The position numbers and the translations under genes are program-made. Below are positions 22,034 to 47,996 of a stretch of DNA of 47,996 nt, one piece after another. The notes under the pieces are model-generated. The model saw only the letters and a program-made list of their open reading frames with translations, was not told where the DNA came from and made no database searches. Position 1 is the stretch's first letter. The number at the start of each line of letters is the position of its first letter. The stretch is taken from contig NIVC01004381.1 of NCBI GenBank assembly GCA_002269645.1, forward strand, positions 1 to 47,996, read 5' to 3'. The stretch comes from Macrostomum lignano (taxonomy: Eukaryota).

Positions 22034-22837
22034 CTGTGAAGCTTCACATGGAGCTGGCTGTCAATAAGATTGCATTTACGTCCATAACAGTAAAGTCAAG
22101 AGGTCTATAGCCTGCTCTAGCACCAGACTTATTTGCTTCTGTGTAGGATTCGACTTTTTCTCGCGGGTGACGATAGATCCTTTTCGTCAGCTAGGAAACA
22201 ACAGGCGCTAACTCCTTCTGCGTCTCTATTACACACACCACATACAGACACACACACGCACATGCACCGTTCTACCAAGTCTTTAGTTCGTCTTGCTATA
22301 TACATGTAACTATCCTTGACAGGTCGCGCTCTCCTAGGCTGCTTGATTCGTCTCAGACGTAGGTCGACTTAATTATAAAAGTTTTTTAATGCCTGATAAT
22401 TTTTTAATGCTTGTTCAGCTCACCAATAAGTTTAATAATTGCAGCCAAGCAAAGCAACCTGTGACACAGAACTCTCTGCATGGGCCAGCTAGCCAATTTT
22501 CCATGGACTCCTAAGCATCCCTGGATTGGAAGTCAGCGAAATAAACAGAAATTAGAAATCGACGACTGGAAGAACCCACCAAACTGTTGTGGTTTTCATT
22601 GATACGTTAAAAACCATGAACTTTAATTCAGTCAAGCCTAATATGATCATGAATAAACAACATTACAGTAGCTGAACATTTAAAGGTCACTGTTGAACAA
22701 ATGTTAGCTAAGTATTGAATTATTGATTATGGGACAACTTCGGTTAATTCAAACGATGAAAAAAATAGTTTAATCGGTTGGTTCAATGCATTGTCAGAAG
22801 TACACTTGTTAATGGCTTAAAAATTGTATTGTCCACC

Positions 22838-23792
22838 TCAATACAAATAAAATCTACTTGACAATGACAATGGCCATTTTGAGAGGCCATATTTAAACCC
22901 CAACACAAATAAAATCTACTTGACAATGACCAATTTGAGAGGCCATATTTAAACCCCAACACAAATAAAATCTACTTGACAATGGCCATTTTGAGAGGCC
23001 ATATTTAAACCCCAACACAAATAAAATCTACTTGACAATGGCCAATTTCAGAGGCCATATTTAAACCTCAATACGAATAAAATCTACTTGACAATGGCCA
23101 ATTTGAGAGGCCATATTTAAACCCCAATACGAATAAAATCTACTTGACAATGGCCATTTTGAGAGGCCATATTTAAACCCCAATACAAATAAAATCTACT
23201 TGACAATGGCCATTTCGAGAGGCCATATTTAAACCCCAATACGAATAAAATCTACTTGACAATGGCCATTTTGAGAGGCCATATTTAAACCCCAACACAA
23301 ATAAAATCTACTTGACAATGGCCATTTTGAGAGGCCATATTTAAACCCCAACACAAATAAAATCTACTTGACAATGGCCATTTTGAGAGGCCATATTTAA
23401 ACCCCAACAAAAATAAAATCTACTTGACAATGACTAATTTGAGAGGCCATATTTAAACCCAAATACGAGTAAAATCTATGACCAATTTGAGAGGCCATAT
23501 TTAAACCCCAATACGAATAAAATCTACTTGACAATGGCCAATTTGAGAGGCCATATTTAAACCCCAATACGAATAAAATCTACTTGACAATGACAATGGC
23601 CATTTTGAGAGGCCATATTTAAACCCCAATACGAATAAAATCTACTTGACAATGGCCATTTTGAGAGGCCATATTTAAACCCCAATACGAATAAAATCTA
23701 CTTGACAATGGCCATTTTGAGAGGCCATATTTAAACCCCAATACGAATAAAATCTACTTGACAATGACCAATTTGAGAGGCCATGTCTAAAC
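22838..23792. repeat. 56-bp AT-rich tandem repeat, about 17 copies
   Basis: Unit CAATACGAATAAAATCTACTTGACAATGGCCATTTTGAGAGGCCATATTTAAACCC; period measured between 23081 and 23137. Confidence 0.95.
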
Positions 23793-24562
23793 CCCGAATA
23801 GATTGGGCAGCCTATTTTCGAGCTCGCTACCACTCTACCTGAGAATTGTTGAAGATTACCTGACGAATTACCCAATATCGTTGTCCATCGAGTTTCACAC
23901 GGTCAAATGTCTGTCGATATAGCATAATAATTAATTCACCATTCTGCTACTCGTATATTGACACCGGAAGACTGCTGGTTTCTGACACGCTGGCTGCAAA
24001 AGCAAATGGTTTCTTGTGTACTTCATTATTATCGTCCCGGACTATATGTAATGAGCGTAGTAAGTGCTATAAGCTCCATATGCATACATGTAGAGCGCCA
24101 AGCAGCCAGTGTGCAACTGCCGCCTAGCATTTCAGAACTGCCATGGCCGACCTTTTGGACTGCCGAGCGCCAACTCTGTAGGGGCTGGCTGGCGGTTCTG
24201 TTCTGCAGGGCGGGAGAATTATTAAATCGTAACATTCGGTTACTTAGGATATGCTGGATCGCTGTCGAACTCTCAGTGGATTTGTCCTCCTCAATGAGCT
24301 AAGAAATCCTTGTTTGTGTTATTCCTATTCAACGCGGAAATTTTTAACAAAACTTATTGACACGTTTGACACAATTAACTCAGCAAAAAATGGCGCATTT
24401 GTACGCAATTTTTACGCACTGTGCACGTTGATTCATATTCCTACGAGTAGTTTGTTTTATTATGCTTAACAGTATCGAAATTCCACTCTTTGGAATGCGC
24501 ATCGCTGTGTCCATATTCTCTATTGCTCTCTAGTTATCTGCCATTCTCTATCTGCGTGTCTA

Positions 24563-24945
<383 letters not shown>

Positions 24946-25429
24946 GTGTCTACGCTCGCAGATGCTACTGTCTGCTGTAGCGCCCATGTATGTCCTATAG
25001 TCAGCTTCAGTTTCTTTATTAAGGTGGTTTATTCATTTCAAGGTGTCGGAACGCAAAAATTCGATATCAAACAGCGCGCCCTGTTAGCGGCACTACAGCG
25101 CTACCGCTAAAGCGGAGTTTAACACATCCAAACCCTCGTTCTGGTTGACTAAGAGAGAGAGAGAGAGAGACCAGGGCCAGCCAATGGCGGGGCAGCTAGT
25201 AACAATACTCTGACTACGATTGCACCATTCGATAAAGCTCACAGTTTCGCTCGAAAACACGGTCCCGACCGCTAGGAGCAAGGCCAGCTTTGCAGCAGAA
25301 AGGAGCTTACAGACGGATTTCCACATGAGAGCAGCCGGTGTTTCACTGCAATTTTGGATTGACAACTTTCAGAATTTTAACTGCTCTATTCACAAGTAGA
25401 TTTTTAAATAGGCAACGACAACCCGACAA

Positions 25430-40365
<14,936 letters not shown>

Positions 40366-40651
40366 GGCAGTGACAGACATTGCAATCCGCACGCGCTCAA
40401 AGGGATTTTTTGATTAGGCGAGCTGCTGAATTTTATGAACCTTAGAAACTTTGGATGTATGAAAACTGAAATGGCTGAAAGGTAGGGCATCTGTTAAAGT
40501 CAGGAATAAAACTCAGATGTTATCAGCAGAAGACTATTGGTTACACCAAGGACAGAATGAACTCAGATGTACTCTGAGGGAACTTGCTGTGCATATATTT
40601 ATATACACAGCATGAACACAACGATGCTACCTTTGTGCAGTTAGCCATGAA

Positions 40652-40924
40652 GGGGTTGTAACCTAGTGATTAGAGCGTCAGACTCACGACTGAAACGTCG
40701 GGGGTTCGATTCTTGACCCACCCAGGACAATTTAGACAACTTAACTTTGCATTGCTTCAGTTCACCCAGCTGTAAAATGGGTGCCAGCATTAGCTGGGTT
40801 AATTGAGGGGGTGTGAGGCGACCCCCAGCCCTCGGACTGAACAGCCGTACGCAGCCTTCAGATGCGCAGCGCAATAGCTGCGGCTGAGCTGTCGATTGCA
40901 CATCTGCCCATTACTGCCCATACT
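40652..40924 (+). mobile_element. tRNA-derived SINE
   Basis: A-box-like TAGTGATTAGAGCG, B-box GGTTCGATTC (40702-40711), central TTGCTTCAGTTCACCCAGCTGTAAAATGGG (40752-40781), and a short repeated tail CTGCCCAT. Confidence 0.7.
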
Positions 40925-41169
40925 TAGTTCGTATATACTTTAGCTGAAAATTCTGTAGTTAAGCATTTTTTCCGTTTGAAAATTTTATCTTTAATGACGA
41001 TTCGGCAGCAAGTCTAACTCAACCCCTGAAGTGTAATGCAACTTCAGATTTTCCGTACATTCGTGCGCACGAAACCATGTTGCGTCTGAAACTGTAGAGC
41101 AGTTTTTGCGCCAAGTTTCACCTGCGGCACTTGCATATAACCTCCCCAACGGACAGCAGCAAATCGTTA

Positions 41170-42150
41170 ATGAATTCCGGTGAATGAAAAAAATTGACAC
41201 ATAAAGCAACCGAGCGACGCACTTTTGAACAAAGTGGATAAAAAAATTAACATTTCAGCAACACCTGTTGTTTTAGCCACTTTCCCGTAAAAGTACATAG
41301 TTTTAGTTTCCTCGTTGACGTGTCTAACAAAAACTGCTTCAAGTTGGTCGCGCGCATTGTTCGATAATCTAGTTATCCATTCGAAGTTTCCATTGGCGTT
41401 TAAAGCTTTGTATTTTTTAATTAATATCATTGTGAACGGAAAAATTATATTTTTGGTAGATCTTCCAGGGGAGAACTACTCGTAATAATTCCCGAGAAAA
41501 GTTGCCGACGACCAAGACACAAATAAAAATGAGCTAAAATTTTGTTGTTTCGTCAATGCTACCTTTATTTTTGTGTTATTACTCGCGCATTATATTATCT
41601 CGCTCTTGTTTCGGAATTGTAACCGCATTTGCATTTTTGTCGATACATTTAAATTTCTATATAATGCCTCCCCGCAATGCCGTGCATACGAAAACAAATT
41701 TCCTGAAAACAGCCATCCGTATTGACTTTTTGTGAAACAATCGACCTAGACTGACTACTACCTCAATCGCGCTTGCGAAAATGCATACCTGTTTTTGTGA
41801 ACTCAGTGAGCTATATTATATGAATAGTTATGCAGTGTGCAGTAACGTTGAATTTTGAGGATTAAAAGAAGCCGGGAAAGTCACGATAGATAATTCAACT
41901 CTTAGAAATAATTATAGAACGTCTAAACTGTTTTTTATCAATTTTACTCTTTTTATTCCTAATGAGAATCGTTTATACAATCAATTTTCAAGTATTTTTC
42001 GCAGCCGCTTTTGTGTGTGATTGAAACATTTTTTTTTCTCGTAAAGAAACTGTTTCAGTTGAGAACCAGAGCCACGGGAAGCGTATCTTTAAGTAATACG
42101 ACGGCCCTACGCACTCTTGCTAATGTCAAAGGGATGTAGCAGCAGCAGCA
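41170..42150 (-). pseudogene. Decayed hAT-superfamily (ZMYM1-like / DUF4371-type) transposase remnant
   Basis: Fragmentary motifs in the expected order on the minus strand: FPWL (about 42080), ALRG (about 41680), GNF..ELL (about 41500), HNDI, and QLEAVFVRHVNEE...KTTG (41250-41350). There are many stops and frameshifts. Confidence 0.5.
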
Positions 42151-42815
42151 TCTTACATGTATAATCATTTTACTATATTTTCGTTCTTTTGCTCTTTTCG
42201 CTTTTTGCGCCCCGTATTAAAACAAACCGGCTTTGTGTTGCCGCTTGCAGCGAACCAATGCGCAAGCGATTATAAATAAATGCATACAATAATAACCCAT
42301 TGTCATGTGCATATGCAGCATTAATTTCATAGAATTTCTCTGTTAGTCTGCTCACATATCATTTTTCATAAACTGAGATTCGAACACGGAGTTTATCTTG
42401 TTAAAGATTAAGGATCTGTAAGATGCATTGTAGGTAGCTACGCCACCATAAATTGTAAAAAAAATGACGACAAAGACTTTTGTTTTTTTTTGGTAAAAGT
42501 ACTTTTGTTTAGACAGCGGTGAATAGAGCACGTCAAGAGTTTAGTCAGTGCGTTAGTTCCAAGTTTATTGCTGTTTTCACAAATAGAATTGGGATAATAA
42601 AAAATGCGACAATACAGATGCCAAGTATGTGACGTTCGGTGTACGCAGAAATAAAATTACATAGATTTTACTTGTAGGTGGGTACTTCGGGCATAAATTG
42701 ACGACAGAATATACGGATTGCAAGCTGGAGAACCGATCGACATTCGTTGCGGGACTTCTATTAATGTTATTAATCGTTTTTCGTCCATCTAGTCATCGCC
42801 ACGATTCGACACGCA

Positions 42816-45390
42816 TCAGCGCCGACGATTTGATTTCAATCTTCGACTTCTATCGGTTTCGTACTCCAACTGCAGGTCGGACACAGACATGAGCTCCCTA
42901 GTTTGCGGCTGGTCGGCCTGACTCGATTGCGCAATTGGACGATTCATTTGAAAAGCGGAATTATTAGACAGGCTAGCGGCCGATTTTCCAGCAGTTGTTG
43001 ACGAGACCAGACTAGCCGAACTCCGGGAATCGGCGGCGGCTCTTTCCAGTCTGGAGCGGCACGGGTCCAATGCGGACAGCAAAGCCTCGAGATTTTGCAC
43101 CACCATTGCTAGAGAGCCGGGTGGCAGGTCGGAAGATGACTGGCCTGCGTTCGGATCAGATGAGATTATTTTTGCGTAACACTAATAATTAAGCAGAATG
43201 CGTGAACAACTCTGCCCTGAACATATTCAAAGAGAGAATCTACTCATGGATGATGTAAAAAATAAAAACTAACCAGATCTGTGTTCAGAAGCTCGAGGCG
43301 ACGAATATCTTTGCGCAGTTTAGACGTGTTGGAATATTGCGATTGACGGCGCAACTCGTGGTGACTATCGACACCAATGCTTGGCTTGTTGGAGAAATTG
43401 CTGTGACTGTCTTTGTGTACTAGAGATGGATACGGAGGGAGTGGTGTGCATCTATAAAGTTTGTAAAGCTAAGCGGCACATGGTTAACGGTTATTTCCAG
43501 GGCAAGATCGGATATTAATTTCAATGGCGATCGTTCAGTACACGAAATTAGGGGTTTTCTCTGGACAAGATTATATTTATTCTTCTTGCTTCTTATCCAA
43601 ATCATCTGGCTACTTGGGTCATTTCAGGGTCTTTGCAGGTAAAACAGGAAAGAAGCACCTCTAGACGACTTTAAAACGACGAGATTTCGCGGTGCAAGTC
43701 GTCAAAAAGTCGTCAGAGTCGCCCAAGAGTCAATTTGAGGCGTTTTTGTCTGCGATTTTAGGCGTGCTAGAGTGGCTGTAGAATCACTGGGTGCGTCTAA
43801 AGTGCAGCTGCGTCCCTTTATGAATTAGAATCGCATTCGGCATTTATAACAACTCCATCTAGTCTACTTGAGTTAGTAGAAGGCTAAGCGCTAATACAGC
43901 GACACAGTGATGCTCTCATGACTCAACAGTCGCATTACAGTCGTTGGAGTCGTTAAAAAGTCACAAGAGTCACCCCAGAGTAATGAGCTGTTTGCAATGA
44001 CTCTAGCGATTCTTGTCACGGTAAAGTTTTAAACAGGTTAGAGTAAATAAGACCCGGTTATTACTTTTCATTCTCAATTCCCGTACAGCAATCCGTAATC
44101 AACCGTCGTTTCCGAAGTCTCTACGTCGCTGGCAAATTGGTACACTTTTACCTACATCGAAAATTACAATTACACCGACGTTCGGTCGACCTATAATGTT
44201 GTTATGCGTCGACATTGTGTAAAAATATTTTAATTTGCCAGCGACGTCCTTGAACCTACTGTACGTTGTTGCATCGTCAGAATTTTTCACAACATTGCAG
44301 ATGATATGCAGGACTACACAGTAACAATAGAATTTGCGTTAATGTATCAGCTACCTCTCGAGGATTTACCAGTGCGACCAACGCCGAGTTTGCTCCAACT
44401 GCATCCGGTAACAGCGTCGCGATTGTTGTTATCCTTATTCAAATCGGTGGCCTTTGAGACTTGCGCGTTAGATCTCGCTGGCAATTCAACACCTGTGATT
44501 TTTGCATTAGCCGGAACGGGAGACTCCGAGATGGAATCGGCTCTGCTTTCGGTGCCTGGAATTTATCGAAAAAAAGTTTACGACTAAGTCATACTTATAA
44601 GAATAGATTTATACTGAGAAGCATGTGTAGCTACTTAAAATTTTTTTTTGTGTTTATATATCAGAATCCGTTAAACATCTGACAGAAAGACTCCGGAAGA
44701 CCGCAGAACTGTTGTTAAAGCATGTTGACGGACCCTATAAAACGAATCTCTAAATGCAGCACCCTAACAGACTGCTAATAATGCAGTCTTAAGGTCTTTA
44801 AATCGTAGATAATCTAGATTACGAATTCTGCTCACTAAGGATCTTACTGAATCTATAGGCACCAGTTTATATCCTATTGGCAAGTAAATTTACATCAAAA
44901 GAGCAGCATAATAGCATAACTAGATATAATACCATAACACTGCCAAAACAATACTAAGATTAAGACGACAAAAACCAGGAAAGCAAAAGCTACTGACATA
45001 TGTCGGCCGCATCCAAGATCAGTTGAGGTTTTCTTCGAGAGCTAGCAGCGCGATTACAATCGGGACTCTCAGACGTTTCCGCGCGATAATCGGGCACAGT
45101 TCGAGCGCAATTGTTTCGACCTAGATTTTGACTGTCGCCTTGTACTTTTGGTTTGTCAACAGCCCGCAGTACCGGGTGCAGAGTAAGCCGGCCGCACCGG
45201 TCATGAGTGGCAAACACGGACAGGTCAAATCCAATCGACAGAGGCACGCTGCTCAACTTGGTGCTCCAATTATCTGCCGATAAATCTGCTTGATGATGCT
45301 GTTTTTTTCGCTGCTCTGCGTCTGCTGCTGCTGCTGGTGGTGTTGCTGCGCAGAAGGCGGCTCTTGATTTGAAAACGACGAGCAAGACAG
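42816..45390 (-). other. Possible exons of a minus-strand gene for a low-complexity protein (not assembled)
   Basis: GC-richer open segments follow acceptor-like sites at about 44555, 43420 and 43150 (e.g. MVVQNLEALLSALDPCRSRLE...). Exon phases could not be reconciled. Confidence 0.25.
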
Positions 45391-45999
45391 TTCAGCGTCC
45401 TGCTTTGCTCTACCGATTTCAACTAGCGCGCGGTCATCTTTTATTGTTGTCTCTTAGCTAGTTGCCGGTTAAAGTGCACTTGGTTCGCGCTATACTGATA
45501 GTTCAACCTCAGGTCGCTCTTGTAGTCTTTTTTACGTAGAGATCAGAGCTTGATTTTTCTTTTATGCTAAAAATCTAGACTGGAAGAATTGTCTATGGTA
45601 TAAATCATATGTATTTACATTTTCCCTGATTTTACAAAGAAAAATGAGTGAGACGGTCGGTCAAGTGGGCAGAAACAGTATCGATTTAACAGCATGCGAA
45701 ATATATAACAGTAACAGCAGACTCGTTTACACCGTTCGCCGTCAAATGCGGTCATTTTTCTGTAATTACACAGCCTGTAAATTTTTTTCGTAAATTTATA
45801 TAGCTATCAGTTGTACAATTTGATTACCACTTTTAACAATCCTTAAGACTATAAAATGCACTTTTGATCCTAAAACTAGGTTGTACTGACTCCTGAAACA
45901 TAGACTCTTATGGTGGCTATGCAATTGTGACCACTCTATGCACCTGCACAAATGGCTTGGTGTCTTCGCTGACTTTGTAGAAAAACAAAGGCTGGGACG

Positions 46000-47100
46000 G
46001 GGTACAATCTGCTTCGAAGCTGTTGCATGATAAAGCCCAGATCTGCGTTTGGGATCTACCGGGATCTGATAGGAAAAGCTACAAAAAGATAAAAGCGGTG
46101 CAACAAAAGCAGTTTGGTGGAGCAAGTAGTCAGCATCGCACCATGGAAGAGTTCCAAGATCGACGGAGAAACAGCGCAGAAACCCTGCAAGAGCTTTCGT
46201 ATTCCTTAAAGCTGCTGTACATGACAGCCATCAGACCATCAGGCTGCTTTCGGTGCGACAAGGAAGGCCACATCGCTCGCCGGTGGCCTGCTGGCGGATC
46301 TCAGGGCCGAGGTCACTGCTCCAACTGGTCCGGCTAGGGTCACAGCGCGGCCGTCTCTCCATCAAAGGTTTGGCCGTCGGGAAACTTCTGAAGGTTAGTG
46401 GCGAAGAGCCAGCAACAATCCGCAATCAAGTGCCAATGAGCACTCTCCCAATCTGAGTGCTCTCCATTTCATGCATGCAGTGGCTGCAAGCGACATCACT
46501 CCCGTCGAGGCCATGGGATACGGTCCAGATCAATATCAAAGGTCCGCTGTCAAGGACGCCACAAGACAACATTAATGTGCTGAGCAGGTGGCCGACGCTC
46601 TGGTCAGGCAGGTAGGGCTTCGGCAGGGCATTCCAGACGCAATCCACAGCGACTAAGGGTGTCAATTCGAAAGCCAACTGTTCCTGTCTCTGTGCCAGCG
46701 GCGCGCGATTTTCTATCTCAGCGGCGGTTGTGGCGAGGATTAAGACGACCTTTATCAACTCGCCTTTGTCACGTGGCCCTTCAACAGCTCAGTGCACTCT
46801 AGCATGGGTCTGTCGCCGAACCAGACGCTGCACGGATGGCCACAAAGGCTGCCAATCGACGCCAAACTGCACAGCACGACTTCACTGATGCGCTGGACTT
46901 TGCAGAGGCAACTCAGCCGGGCGCATGTTTATCAGCAGTTGCAGGGGTCACAGGCCGAGCGCAACGAGCGTAAAACATGGAAACTCGGTTTCGACCGTAC
47001 AGGAGGGCGACCTGGTGATGCTGAGCTGCAAGGTGGTGAAACCTGACAGATCAAAAAGCCTCAGTAACGGCTAGACCGGGCCGTCATCATCTTGAAGAAG
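46000..47100 (+). mobile_element. Internally deleted Ty3/Gypsy LTR retrotransposon remnant
   Basis: Gag-like EEFQDRRR..ETLQELSYSL; zinc knuckle CFRCDKEGHIARRW (46245); integrase PSRPWDTVQINIKGP, GIPDAIHSD*GCQFES (46627), FNSSVHSSMGLSP; GPY/F-like EGDLVML...*TGP. No RT or LTRs are seen. Confidence 0.8.
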
Positions 47101-47168
47101 GTACTCGCACGTGGATTTTAGAGATGGCATCCATTGCAGCAAAGGTTTATTTTGGCGAAAGCAAGTTA

Positions 47169-47996
47169 TCACCACTTTTTACGAAAATCTGAATCCATTT
47201 GCTGCCATTTAGGTTGTGCATTAATATGCCTGCCAGGCTCGGAGAAATGCAGCAATCGAGTGCCCTCTCTCAAGTGTCGGCAGAATGTCTCAAAGCTCGC
47301 ATTCACTGGCGCATACCTAGCATGCACTTGTGTGGGGTGGTGGGTGACAGGTTGGCTTTGGTGCACTTGCTGCTTTAGATGCTGCACCCGCTCTGCGTCA
47401 CGCTAAAGTGCGGTCAGCAGAAGATAGAAATTCGGCACTTTCTCACCACGCTATTTGAACTGCGCATGCCAAGCCTAGGTGGCATAACTGCAGGGCTGTC
47501 CCGGAGGGACTGGGATGCCATTTGCGTCTGAACAGTACACAAAGACAACAATGCCACCTAGTAGTTAGGCGAATGGGCGCCCGCGCCTTCCCGCTGTGTC
47601 CCACACAGGGTACTGTAGTCAGGTTGCATGCACATATTCTGTCAGCTCTAACAAGGCGCTGATTCGCTCTTGCCATTGCTGCAAGGCCATCCAGCATGCA
47701 AGGAAAAGGCGGACAAGGGAATTGAAAGCAGCATGCGTACCAATAACTTGAATGCAGGGTAGTTGCATACTGCACCTGCAATCCAATGGTCTGGGCTTGC
47801 CTAAAAAACAGCCCAATAGTAATGACAAAAACTACCACAGACTTGGGCTGCCAGATAAAAATGGCTTGCCAGGTGGCCTACTCAAAGTTGCAAATATGGA
47901 CAGGTGCATTACCTATCAACTCCCATACCTGCTGGAATCAGGCCTGGTAGTCAGCCTGAGCCTTATCTGACATCAGAAAAAATGTCAATGGTACCA
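47169..47996 (-). pseudogene. Decayed MULE (Mutator-like) transposase C-terminal half
   Basis: Minus-strand frames with in-frame stops: GLQVQY, EYVHAT*L, and *AWHAQFK*RGEKVPNFYLLLTAL*RD (about 47400-47480), resembling the MULE EGWH...PN...L..LQ motif. It continues beyond the window. Confidence 0.5.

Noticed and set aside
40652-40725. tRNA gene
   Set aside because: A and B boxes are present, but the acceptor and T stems do not close and the sequence runs into a SINE body.
43600-44030. Cluster of GAGTC/GTCG/GACT motifs suggesting a MITE
   Set aside because: No convincing terminal inverted repeats or TSD could be defined.

Overview
Eukaryotic (animal) genomic DNA with spliceosomal introns. No CRISPR array, rRNA or functional tRNA gene was recognised. 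GC-rich exons, AT-rich introns and dense minisatellites suggest a macrostomid-type flatworm, but that is an unverified impression. Left to right: (i) three tandem minus-strand SLC18B1-like MFS transporter paralogs (one pseudogene, one intact, one with a single 1-nt frameshift). (ii) PPP4R2 on the minus strand. Its 5.5-kb first intron is almost devoid of CpG and holds a transition-riddled RNase H LINE relic, an intact DD34D mariner inserted into that relic, and two MITE-like elements. (iii) A five-exon EVG1/C22orf23-like gene head-to-head with PPP4R2. (iv) An internally deleted Harbinger element and several tandem arrays. (v) A hand-assembled seven-exon gene (25430-40365, about 880 aa) for an unrecognised, probably secreted glycoprotein, with repeat-filled introns. 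(vi) A SINE and decayed hAT, Gypsy and MULE remnants. The most unusual signal is the sharply bounded, both-strand C-to-T hypermutated domain in the PPP4R2 intron. All gene models, alignments and counts were done by eye.
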